A model generated the notes under the pieces. The model worked only from the letters and a program-made list of their open reading frames with translations. It did not search any database and had not been told where the DNA came from. From Candidatus Korarchaeum cryptofilum OPF8 (lineage in GTDB: Archaea > Korarchaeota > Korarchaeia > Korarchaeales > Korarchaeaceae): DNA of 32,000 nucleotides. Below, piece after piece: positions 23,142 through 31,211 of the stretch (its first letter is position 1; each line of letters opens with the position of its first letter). A program made the translations under genes and the position numbers. Location: the NCBI RefSeq assembly GCF_000019605.1, contig NC_010482.1, forward strand, positions 1,440,001 through 1,472,000, read 5' to 3'.

Positions 23142-23955
23142 CGGAGACCACCCTGACGACTTCCTTCTTATCGACGACGCCCAATAAACTTTCACCATCA
23201 AAAACAGGAACTGCAGGGAGTCCCCACTCGAGCATAAACCTTGCAGCCTTTCCAGCATCGTCCTCAGGAGTTACTTTTATCCTCAACTCCTTCATTATGC
23301 TGCCAGCAGTCTTGACCTTAGTGTTCAAGCTGACCCTCCTTCCAACTCTGGAGGGTATCAGAACATACCTCTCAGCTAACTCGGGGACCCACAAAGCCAG
23401 CTCCCCTTCCGAGATAATTCCCTCATACTTTCCATCCAAACCAGTTACTAGGATAACTCTCTTTCCACTCGCAATCATTCTAGCTACCTTCTTTAAGTTA
23501 GCATCATACCTAACTACTCCATACCTATCGCTCAACAGGTCACTGGCCTTATAGAGGCCCCTCATCCTCTCCTCGAAGAACCTCGTTACGTCGGTCTCTG
23601 AGAGGACCCCAAGGAGCTCAGAGTCCTCCACAACTGGAAGTCCTCCTATCATCCTCTCTCTCATCACTTTAGATGCCGTGAATATCGATTCATCCGGTCC
23701 GATAGTTACCGGGTTCGCTGTCATGAACCTGCTCACTAGAGAGCTCGCGGGATCCCTCCACTTCCACGGGGCACCTCTCCTCGCGAGAGCCTTAGCTATA
23801 TCTGTAGCCGTTATTATCCCTACTACCTCATTTCCTTCGACTACAACGAGTCTCCTAACCCTTCTCTCGAGCATTAGGTTCCTCGCCTTTCCTATAGTAT
23901 CTTGAGGAGATACTACAGCAACATCCTTGGTCATATAATCCCTTACCTTAGCCAA
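23131..23955 (-). CDS. Stand-alone CBS-domain protein (four CBS motifs)
   Basis: 274-aa ORF. The TTG start is preceded by GGGGGGAG. The N-terminus (M)AKVRDYMTKDV is typical of CBS proteins, and four CBS repeats follow. Confidence 0.8.
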   Translation of the reverse strand: MAKVRDYMTKDVAVVSPQDTIGKARNLMLERRVRRLVVVEGNEVVGIITATDIAKALARRGAPWKWRDPASSLVSRFMTANPVTIGPDESIFTASKVMRERMIGGLPVVEDSELLGVLSETDVTRFFEERMRGLYKASDLLSDRYGVVRYDANLKKVARMIASGKRVILVTGLDGKYEGIISEGELALWVPELAERYVLIPSRVGRRVSLNTKVKTAGSIMKELRIKVTPEDDAGKAARFMLEWGLPAVPVFDGESLLGVVDKKEVVRVVSDAA

Positions 23956-23966
23956 AACGCTCCCCC

Positions 23967-24458
23967 CTATATCAGTCCCCTCACCTTAGATTGAGCTATC
24001 CTGAGCTCCTGCAAGAGGAGGAACCATATGTGAGGAGCCACCTTCAATATATCCCTTGAGGAAATTATGCCTACAACTCTTCCATCATAATTCACGACAA
24101 TGAGCCTCCTGATGTTCTTCTCGATCATTATCCTAGCTGCCTCATCTATATCAGTGTTATCCCTTATAGTTATCGGATCCTTCGTCATTATCTCAGATAC
24201 CTTCACATCTTCAGGCCTTCTACCATCCTCCGCTGCTATGTAACGGGTTATCAGATCCCTCTCAGTGACTATCCCCCTGAGCTCACCCTCCTCCATTATG
24301 ACGACGGAGCCTATATTATTCTCCTTCATCAACTTGGCAGCCTCATAGACAGTTCCATCAGGTCTCATCGTTATTATATTCCTATTCATCACTTCGGATA
24401 CCTTCATCCTTACCTTGAGCTCCTCCTCCCTCTCGGGTATCAACGACCACATCTTCAT
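23967..24458 (-). CDS. Stand-alone CBS-pair protein with a hydrophobic C-terminal tail
   Basis: About 163 aa with two CBS motifs (VSEVMNRNIITM..., VSEIMTKDPITI...). ATG 24456-24458 overlaps the upstream TGA by 1 nt (TGATG); GTG 24461 is the alternative. Confidence 0.8.
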   Translation of the reverse strand: MKMWSLIPEREEELKVRMKVSEVMNRNIITMRPDGTVYEAAKLMKENNIGSVVIMEEGELRGIVTERDLITRYIAAEDGRRPEDVKVSEIMTKDPITIRDNTDIDEAARIMIEKNIRRLIVVNYDGRVVGIISSRDILKVAPHIWFLLLQELRIAQSKVRGLI

Positions 24459-26332
24459 CACTCCTCTACCCTCACCTTACCGGGGGGCATAGATCTCACT
24501 ATGTTGTCCAGGGTCAACTCATCCGCCGGGACTTCAACCCCCCCACCTATTTTAACGTTACTCAGGAGCTCAATCAGTTTATTTTTTATCCTAATTGCTG
24601 CCTCCTCCTTGCTCATGGATCCCGGTCTTATCCTAACGGAGCATATGAAGGGCGCATCAGGGGGGGCTGCCGTCAGCTTCATGCCATCCTGAGTCTCCTG
24701 TATCCCCACTGATAGCTCCAACTTGGCCCTCAAGTAGTTCCTCTTCCCCGTTATGTAGAAACTGCCCTTCGGGAGGTACATTCCCGGAGGAGCATGCTTA
24801 GAGACTTGCTCGCCCTTAACGTAATATACATCCGCGTAAGAGAGCCCCTCCTTCCAAGCCCTCGAGAATGATGCTGCAGCTACTGCTGCTTGCTCTATAG
24901 ACCTCTGATCGACCTCCCTCTCAACTTTCAGGACGACAACAGCTCCTCCAGGCATGTCCACATGGAAGAAGAGGTCCTTATCATCCATATACTTGCTCAC
25001 TATCTCCGAGTTCGTTTGAGCGTCCCTCCCGCAGATCACGAGGTTTCCGGAGGAAGTGTAGAACCATCTGAACTTCTCATACCATCTCTCCCTCTTCCTA
25101 GGCTTGGGTGAGAGCTCGAGCTTCCTCTCCTCTAGGGAGGATTCGATCTGCTTCAACCTCTCCATAATATTGGATAGGGCTTTATCGATCCTAAGGGCCT
25201 TTTCTCTAGCTTTCTTAGCCTTATCATAGTATTCTGAGGCATTTTCTGAGGCAGACCTCCTTATATCAAGCTGTATTTCCTCGCCTTCTAGCGATATGAT
25301 CACCTTGCCCGACTTCCAATCCACTCTCTTTACGAGCGCGTGCTCCTCACCGGATCTCGCTCGGCCGAGGGCCTCCTCGACCTCATGAATATTTGAGAGG
25401 ATAGTATCGCCTATCCTCCTCAGCTGAGCGTAAGTTCTCTCATACTCCTCCTTCAAAGAGATCTGTCTCTCTATCTCCCTCCTGAGTGAGGATATTCTTT
25501 CATCCTCAAAGGATATTCCCTTAGATTTGTAATAATCCTCTATAGCGTCAGATAGAAGATCCCTCCTCGCTCTATCGTATTCGAGATGGGAGAGCGGGAA
25601 TGCGGAGTACTCAACTATCTCCTCGCCATCTAAGTACAGGGTGGGCTCAGTCCTCCTACTCATGAGATCGGAAATTTCATCAGCCAATTTCTCGAGGTCC
25701 AAATCGGAGATCTTAACCTCAGCATCAATTTTAAGCTTTAGGAGGACTTCATTGAGGTAAGGAGGACCTAATCCGAGGCCAGTCAGGACCTTCCAGACCT
25801 TCTCCTCGGGTGGAATCCTTCCCAATATTCCAGTCAACTCCTCTCGGGAGAAGCTAGGGATTTCCTTCCATGGGGATGGAGGGGGCTTATATATTTCCCC
25901 CGTTCTTATCGTCCTGCCTCTGTACTCAGCTCTGCGTTGAGAGGCTACTATCTCATCGCCAGATAGCAATATCAGATTCCCCCCACCGAATAGCTCCACT
26001 ATGAGCCTCATCCCTCTTGGGAATTCGAATGAAATGATCCTCTCCAGACCAAGCTGGGATATACTCTCTATCCTAGCGTTCTCCAAATGCTTTCTCAACG
26101 TCATCACGAATGAAGATGGTGTTTGGGGCTTCGCCCATTTGAGCTTCGTGAGGAAGATGAACCCCCTAAGGTCGATCACGATTTCTCTCCTCCCATCCAC
26201 TTCCGGATGGAATAAGAGGGAGAAGGAGTTCCCATCGATATTGTAGATCTTCTTGATGAAACCACCCTCCAGTCTGCGCAGCTCATTGATGGTATGACTT
26301 ATCTCAATCCCAGTCATCCCCCTGAGCTTCAT
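24458..26332 (-). CDS. NFACT-family protein (Rqc2/NEMF/RqcH homologue; FbpA-N plus DUF814)
   Basis: 624-aa ORF with an NFACT-N-like N-terminus, a central coiled-coil and an NFACT-R/DUF814 signature: WFYTSSGNLVICGRDAQTNSEIVSKYMDDKDLFFHVDMPGGAVVVLK. Confidence 0.8.
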   Translation of the reverse strand: MKLRGMTGIEISHTINELRRLEGGFIKKIYNIDGNSFSLLFHPEVDGRREIVIDLRGFIFLTKLKWAKPQTPSSFVMTLRKHLENARIESISQLGLERIISFEFPRGMRLIVELFGGGNLILLSGDEIVASQRRAEYRGRTIRTGEIYKPPPSPWKEIPSFSREELTGILGRIPPEEKVWKVLTGLGLGPPYLNEVLLKLKIDAEVKISDLDLEKLADEISDLMSRRTEPTLYLDGEEIVEYSAFPLSHLEYDRARRDLLSDAIEDYYKSKGISFEDERISSLRREIERQISLKEEYERTYAQLRRIGDTILSNIHEVEEALGRARSGEEHALVKRVDWKSGKVIISLEGEEIQLDIRRSASENASEYYDKAKKAREKALRIDKALSNIMERLKQIESSLEERKLELSPKPRKRERWYEKFRWFYTSSGNLVICGRDAQTNSEIVSKYMDDKDLFFHVDMPGGAVVVLKVEREVDQRSIEQAAVAAASFSRAWKEGLSYADVYYVKGEQVSKHAPPGMYLPKGSFYITGKRNYLRAKLELSVGIQETQDGMKLTAAPPDAPFICSVRIRPGSMSKEEAAIRIKNKLIELLSNVKIGGGVEVPADELTLDNIVRSMPPGKVRVEE

Positions 26333-26428
26333 TTCGAATCACCGAGATCTCGAGGAATCCTCGCTCTTAAAGGATCTCATTCCCAGTTGGGCTCTCAACA
26401 TCTATAGAGACTAATGCCTCAGCTCACT

Positions 26429-26439
26429 ATTTTATATTT
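26429..26439 (+). promoter_or_regulatory. Candidate TATA box for the 26460 gene
   Basis: ATTTTATATTT is centred ~26 nt upstream of ATG 26460, so the mRNA could be leaderless. A GGTGAT lies at 26443-26448. Confidence 0.45.
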
Positions 26440-26459
26440 CATGGTGATAACTTAGTCCG

Positions 26460-27311
26460 ATGAAGCCCAAGCATAAAGTCTACTACTTCAGGCTCCTGGC
26501 TTCCTCCCTAGTGGGGATCCTGAACGGCCTCCTCAGGGTAGATCCGACCGTAGGGATCTCAGCATTCATCTTCACCTACTTCCTAGTGACCCCTCTCTCG
26601 CTCAGGATATGGAGGGATGAGCTCAAGGACGTGGGGCTAATGGAGATATATAAAGAAGCTGTAGGAGCCTCTTTACTAGCCTTAATCATGATTTGGTCCC
26701 TTACAATGAGTTTTACAGGGCAAGGGGTAGCATTAGCTGTTGTTAGGGAGAAGGGAAGCGGGATATATCCGATAGAGACGTTAGATGGGAGGCATTTGCC
26801 TCCGGGTAATGAGGAGATGATGGGTTACAGCGTAGTCCTCCTCAACATCTCGGACCGCATAAGAGGTGCTGAATTAGGGGCTTGTTTGAACGGGACCTCC
26901 TCATTTAAGATGGGGAGGTACTACTTAACGGTTGACGATGGCATATCGCTGAGGATAGAGCTCAAGCTATCCGATCCCGGGGATAGGGAGATCTTGAGGA
27001 GGATCATAGGGAACTTCTCCATCTACAGGAATGGGACGATGGTCTTCGGTGGAAATAGAGTTCGCATGGGAGAGAGCATAAATATGCCCTCTAATGGATC
27101 GAACTTGTCCTTGAAGTTCTCCGGATTAAATGATATCGTCTTAGAGATAAGATCCCCTATAGATGTCCCTGAGGACTCGCCACTCAATTCCTTCATTAAG
27201 CTAAAGAGGTATGACTCCCAGCTATGCTTATTCGATTCGACTAAGCCTAAGATCGGGAGAAGAACGATAAGTATTCAGGGATACCATATAGTTATCCTTC
27301 CCGGGGGATGA
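26460..27311 (+). CDS. Hypothetical membrane protein with a sequon-rich extracytoplasmic domain
   Basis: 283-aa ORF with three N-terminal hydrophobic helices. A ~190-aa beta-rich domain follows, carrying six N-x-S/T sequons (NIS, NGT, NFS, NGT, NGS, NLS). I recognise no family. Confidence 0.55.
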   Translation: MKPKHKVYYFRLLASSLVGILNGLLRVDPTVGISAFIFTYFLVTPLSLRIWRDELKDVGLMEIYKEAVGASLLALIMIWSLTMSFTGQGVALAVVREKGSGIYPIETLDGRHLPPGNEEMMGYSVVLLNISDRIRGAELGACLNGTSSFKMGRYYLTVDDGISLRIELKLSDPGDREILRRIIGNFSIYRNGTMVFGGNRVRMGESINMPSNGSNLSLKFSGLNDIVLEIRSPIDVPEDSPLNSFIKLKRYDSQLCLFDSTKPKIGRRTISIQGYHIVILPGG

Positions 27312-27724
27312 GGATGGGAAGGAGATTCCTCGAATTAGAGGCGGATGTTGGATTTGAGGTATGGGCCGAGGACTTGAATTCCCTCTTCGAGGAGGCTGCC
27401 CTCTCAATGTATGAGATAATGGTGGATGTGGAGAAGGTGGAGAGGAGCATAGAGAGGCACATAAGCGTAAGCGCTCCCGATATAGAGATGCTGCTTCACC
27501 ACTGGTTATCGGAGCTTCTGTTCATCACGGACGTTGAGAGGATAGTTTTCTCCGATTTCGAGGTCAAGATATCTGGGAACGACCTGGAGGGGAGGGCGTG
27601 GGGCGAATTCATAGATGTCGAGAGGCACAACCCGAAGACGGAGATAAAGGCCGTCACTTATCATAAGCTGAGCGTGAGGGAGGAGGGAGGGGTCTGGAGA
27701 TGTACAGTTGTCTTGGATATATGA
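27308..27724 (+). CDS. Archease
   Basis: 138-aa ORF. LELEADVGFEVWAEDLNSLFEEAA... and ...EIKAVTYHKLSV... match the archease family pattern (H/E-ADxG N-terminus, KAxTYH C-terminal strand). ATGA overlap with the upstream gene. Confidence 0.85.
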   Translation: MRMGRRFLELEADVGFEVWAEDLNSLFEEAALSMYEIMVDVEKVERSIERHISVSAPDIEMLLHHWLSELLFITDVERIVFSDFEVKISGNDLEGRAWGEFIDVERHNPKTEIKAVTYHKLSVREEGGVWRCTVVLDI

Positions 27725-27750
27725 GGAAGCCCCTCCCTGGATCTCATTGA

Positions 27751-27765
27751 ATTTTTCTATTTTTC
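27751..27765 (+). terminator. Oligo-T terminator after archease
   Basis: ATTTTTCTATTTTTC contains two T5 tracts, 27-40 nt after the stop. Confidence 0.5.
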
Positions 27766-27830
27766 ATCGCATTATTAGGAAAAGCTTTATCTTAAGCTTC
27801 GCGATCCCGGAGCCCGACCTTTGAAAGAAA

Positions 27831-27840
27831 CTTTAATAAA
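27831..27840 (+). promoter_or_regulatory. Candidate BRE/TATA for the ribosomal protein operon
   Basis: GAAAGAAA-CTTTAATAAA. The predicted TSS is near 27862, leaving a ~16-nt leader that contains GAGAGGTGG before ATG 27878. A second candidate, AAAGCTTTATCTTA, lies at 27781-27794. Confidence 0.4.
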
Positions 27841-27877
27841 CGAGGGAAGCATCCCTCCCCGAAAGAGAGGTGGCCTT

Positions 27878-28876
27878 ATGCCAAGGAGGCATGGTTCTCT
27901 GCAGTACTACCCTAGGAAGAGGGCTGCTACTCAGAAGGCTCTATTCAGATCCTACCCTGAACTCTCGGTTGATAAACCGACTTTAGTAGCATTTCCGGGG
28001 TACAAGGTCGGGATGGTTCACGTTTTACTGAAGGAGGATAGACCAGGTAAGCTCAACCTCGGACAGCAGATAACTTTAGCGTCTACAGTTATAGAGACAC
28101 CTCCCATCGAGATAGTCGGCTTCAGAGCTTATAAGGAGGGATACTACGGGCTCAAGCCCTTAACTACTGCGCTGAGGATAGAGAAGAAGGATCCCATCTC
28201 GAGGACCCTGACAATAGGAGAGGGTGTGGATAACTTCAATGAAGCTCTATCAAAACTTGAAGGAGCGAAAGTGAGTGAGATCAGGATACTATCATATACT
28301 AGGCCGGATCTAGCCGGTATACATAAGAAGAAACCCGAATTCATGGAGATCCCGGTTAAGGGAGGGGAGATGGAGGAGAGGATAGAATTCGCTAAATCGC
28401 TAGTGGGCTCCCAGTTGAAGGTAGATAGCGTCTTCAAAGTCGGTCAGCTCGTCGACGTGACCGCTGTCACTAAAGGGCACGGCTGGCAGGGGGTCGTGAG
28501 GAGGTTCGGGATAGAGTTGCTGAGGCATAAGGCTGGGAAGGGGAGATGGAGGGTAGGAAGCCTCGGCTCGAGGCATCCGCCTTACGTGACTTGGAGAGTA
28601 CCTAGAGCCGGGCAGACGGGTTATCATAAGAGGACGGAGTATAACAAGAGGATACTCATGATGGGGGATCTCACTAAAGGTGATTTGGATCTCTCCCCCA
28701 AGGGAGGCTTCAAGAATTACGGGATCTTGAGGAGTCAATATATCTTGTTATCAGGATCCGTCCCCGGCCCGGCAAAACGCTTCGTCTTCATAAGGCATCC
28801 AATAAGGCCCAGCTACGCTGAACTGCCCGCTCCCGAGATATACTACGTGAGCTCTATAGGATGGCTCGGGAGGTGA
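27878..28876 (+). CDS. rpl3: 50S ribosomal protein L3 (uL3)
   Basis: About 332 aa from ATG 27878 (MPRRHGSLQYYPRKRA, FPGYKVGMVHV, GHGWQGV). The ORF-track upstream extension is rejected because of the SD and typical N-terminus. Confidence 0.93.
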   Translation: MPRRHGSLQYYPRKRAATQKALFRSYPELSVDKPTLVAFPGYKVGMVHVLLKEDRPGKLNLGQQITLASTVIETPPIEIVGFRAYKEGYYGLKPLTTALRIEKKDPISRTLTIGEGVDNFNEALSKLEGAKVSEIRILSYTRPDLAGIHKKKPEFMEIPVKGGEMEERIEFAKSLVGSQLKVDSVFKVGQLVDVTAVTKGHGWQGVVRRFGIELLRHKAGKGRWRVGSLGSRHPPYVTWRVPRAGQTGYHKRTEYNKRILMMGDLTKGDLDLSPKGGFKNYGILRSQYILLSGSVPGPAKRFVFIRHPIRPSYAELPAPEIYYVSSIGWLGR

Positions 28877-28881
28877 ATCCG

Positions 28882-29670
28882 ATGGAGGTCCCAGTCTATA
28901 ACCTGAACGGGGAGGTAATCGGGAGGATAGAGCTGCCTCCATTGTTCGAGCTCGATGTGAGGCAGGATATAATAAGGAGGGTCTACCTATCCCAACTAAC
29001 TGCCAGAATACAGCCTCAGGGCAGAGATCCCCTAGCCGGTCTCAGGACCTCGGCCGAGTCCTTGGGAGTAGGTCACGGTATAGCTAGAGTACCGAGGGTG
29101 AAGGGGAGAGGTTATCCCGCAGCTGGCAGAGCTGCTAGGGCTGTCATGGCCGTAGGGGGAGCTAAGACGAAGGCGCCAAGATCTTGGAAAGTCGTATGGG
29201 AGAGGGTCAATAAGAAGGAGAGGAGGCTCGCTATAGGGAGCGCGATAGCAGCTACCAGTCACCCAGAACTCGTTGGGGCGAGACATAGGATACCGGAAGG
29301 GATCGCCCTACCTATCGTGGTATCGGATGATATAGAATCAATAGCGAAGACCTCCGACCTTCACAAGCTGCTCAAGAAACTGGGTCTCGAGGAGGAGCTT
29401 GAGAGGTGCAAGAGGAGGTTCGGGAAGATCAGAGCGGGAAGAGGGAAGATGAGGGGAAGGGTCAGGCAGAGAGCGAGGGGACCCCTGATAATATATTCTA
29501 GGGAAGACTCTCCCCTGAAGCTAGCATCTAGGAACATACCCGGGGTAGATGCCGTTTCCTTGAGGAACCTGAGCGTGATGCACCTGGCCCCAGGAGGGAA
29601 ACCTGGGAGACTTACCATATGGAGCGAATCCTCGATAAGGGCTCTGGAGGAGGTGAGGGTCATTGTCTAA
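28882..29670 (+). CDS. rpl4: 50S ribosomal protein L4 (uL4)
   Basis: The N-terminus MEVPVYNLNGEVIG is typical of uL4. ATG 28882 lies 5 nt after GGGAGGTGA. ATG 28861 is the in-frame alternative and would overlap uL3. Confidence 0.9.
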   Translation: MEVPVYNLNGEVIGRIELPPLFELDVRQDIIRRVYLSQLTARIQPQGRDPLAGLRTSAESLGVGHGIARVPRVKGRGYPAAGRAARAVMAVGGAKTKAPRSWKVVWERVNKKERRLAIGSAIAATSHPELVGARHRIPEGIALPIVVSDDIESIAKTSDLHKLLKKLGLEEELERCKRRFGKIRAGRGKMRGRVRQRARGPLIIYSREDSPLKLASRNIPGVDAVSLRNLSVMHLAPGGKPGRLTIWSESSIRALEEVRVIV

Positions 29671-29938
29671 GTTTTTCGATCCATTTAAAATACTTAAAGC
29701 TCCCATATCCACTGAGAAGGCAGTTAGGATGATAAATGAGGAGAATAAGCTGGCCTTCTATGTCGATATTAAGGCGAGTAAGTCGGAGATAAAGAGGGCA
29801 GTTGAGGAGGCCTTTGATGTTAAAGTGGTGAGCGTCAGGACTTTAATAACATCTACTGGAAGGAAGAAGGCCTATGTGAAGCTATCACCTGAGTTCAAGG
29901 CATCAGATATAGCCTCGAAGCTTGGAGTCATAGGGTGA
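29663..29938 (+). CDS. rpl23: 50S ribosomal protein L23 (uL23)
   Basis: 91 aa. ILKAPISTEKAVRMIEEN..KLAFYVD...KAYVKL is the uL23 pattern. The TTG start lies after GGAGGAGGTGAGG and overlaps the uL4 stop by 8 nt. Confidence 0.9.
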   Translation: MSKFFDPFKILKAPISTEKAVRMINEENKLAFYVDIKASKSEIKRAVEEAFDVKVVSVRTLITSTGRKKAYVKLSPEFKASDIASKLGVIG

Positions 29939-29942
29939 GAGT

Positions 29943-30680
29943 ATGGGTAAGAGGATCTTAGTTCAGAGGAGGGGAAGGGGAGGAATCCAGTTCAGGTCTA
30001 AGGATCACTTGAAGATAGCTCCAGCTCGCTACCCCCAGGATGGAATGGATAATCTGATGAGAGGGGTCATAAAGGAGATACTGCATGAGCCGGGCAGGCA
30101 CACCCCGATATCGCTTGTAGAGCTAGAGAACGGGCAGGAGTTCTATTACATACCTCCCGAGGGGGTCTATGAGGGTCAGGAGATTCAGATAGGCAAGGGG
30201 GCTGAAGTGAAGACCGGTAATGTATTGCCTCTCTCCGAGATACCTGATGGTAGTCTCGTGTGCAACGTCGAGATAAGGCCCGGAGACGGTGGGAAAATCG
30301 CTAGGAGGAGCGGTACTTATGCGATAGTTTTCTCCCACGAAGGGGATAAGGTGATACTTAGGTTACCCTCCAGGAAGGAGAAATTAGTCGATGCGAGATG
30401 CAGGGCAACAATAGGCGTAGTGGCTGGCAGCGGAAGGATAGAGAAGCCATTCATGAAGGCGGGTATCAAGTATTATCATGAGAGGACGCATCCGAAGAGG
30501 TGGCCGGTAGTAAGAGGGGTGGCGATGAACCCCGTATCACATCCGCATGGAGGTGGATCGCACAAGAGGCCTGGAAAACCAACTACAGTCGCTAGAACAG
30601 CTCCTCCTGGTCAGAAAGTCGGTCATATAGCTGCTAGGAAGACCGGAAGGGCTAAGAGGAGGGCGGCGACCAAGAGGTAA
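29943..30680 (+). CDS. rpl2: 50S ribosomal protein L2 (uL2)
   Basis: 245 aa. MGKRILVQRRGRG..., ...GVAMNPVSHPHGGG... is the uL2 signature. Confidence 0.95.
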   Translation: MGKRILVQRRGRGGIQFRSKDHLKIAPARYPQDGMDNLMRGVIKEILHEPGRHTPISLVELENGQEFYYIPPEGVYEGQEIQIGKGAEVKTGNVLPLSEIPDGSLVCNVEIRPGDGGKIARRSGTYAIVFSHEGDKVILRLPSRKEKLVDARCRATIGVVAGSGRIEKPFMKAGIKYYHERTHPKRWPVVRGVAMNPVSHPHGGGSHKRPGKPTTVARTAPPGQKVGHIAARKTGRAKRRAATKR

Positions 30681-30710
30681 AATTATATTTCATGAAGGGA
30701 GGATGTGGAG

Positions 30711-31109
30711 ATGTCCTCGAGGGAGTTCAGGTACCGTGGGTATACTTTGGAGCAACTTCAGACCATGACCCTGGATGAGTTAGCTAATGTGATGCCGTCT
30801 AGGATAAGGAGAACACTGAAGAGGGGGCTTTCCATCGAGAATAAGAAGCTCCTAGATAAGATCAGAAAGTATAAGGCCATGGGGATAGATAAGGTCATAA
30901 GGACCCATAGGAGGGATATGCCCATCCTACCTGAGATGGTCGGCTCTAAGATAGCGGTCCACAACGGGAAGGAGTTCGTTGAGATCACGATAGTGCCCGA
31001 GATGATAGGGCACTATCTCGGTGAGTTCGCGATGACCAACAGGATCGTGAGGCATGGGAAACCTGGAAAGGGAGCCACGAGATCCAGTAAGTTCGTGCCC
31101 CTCAAGTGA
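30711..31109 (+). CDS. rps19: 30S ribosomal protein S19 (uS19)
   Basis: About 132 aa. [14 protein letters not shown]..., ...[27 protein letters not shown].. is the uS19 pattern. ATG 30711 lies 7 nt after GGGAGGA; GTG 30705 is the alternative. Confidence 0.92.
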   Translation: MSSREFRYRGYTLEQLQTMTLDELANVMPSRIRRTLKRGLSIENKKLLDKIRKYKAMGIDKVIRTHRRDMPILPEMVGSKIAVHNGKEFVEITIVPEMIGHYLGEFAMTNRIVRHGKPGKGATRSSKFVPLK

Positions 31110-31111
31110 TT

Positions 31112-31198
31112 GCCGGGGTGGCCGAGATCGGACCAAGGTGCCCGCCTTGAGAGCGGGTGGCCCTCCGGGCCGCGAGGGTTCAAATCCCTCCCCCGGCG
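31112..31198 (+). tRNA. tRNA-Ser (anticodon UGA), class II
   Basis: GCCGGGGTGGCCGAGATCGGACCAAGGTGCCCGCCTTGAGAGCGGGTGGCCCTCCGGGCCGCGAGGGTTCAAATCCCTCCCCCGGCG. Anticodon arm CCCGC-CTTGAGA-GCGGG, long variable arm, T arm GAGGG-TTCAAAT-CCCTC, discriminator G. It starts 2 nt after the uS19 stop. Confidence 0.9.
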
Positions 31199-31211
31199 CT
31201 CACCTCATTTA

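Noticed and set aside
24450-24465. GTGATGA (C-box-like) on the minus strand as part of a C/D box sRNA
   Set aside because: It is the stop/start junction of two coding genes. I saw no appropriately spaced D box (CTGA) or terminal stem. The other TGATGA matches in the window are also inside coding sequence.
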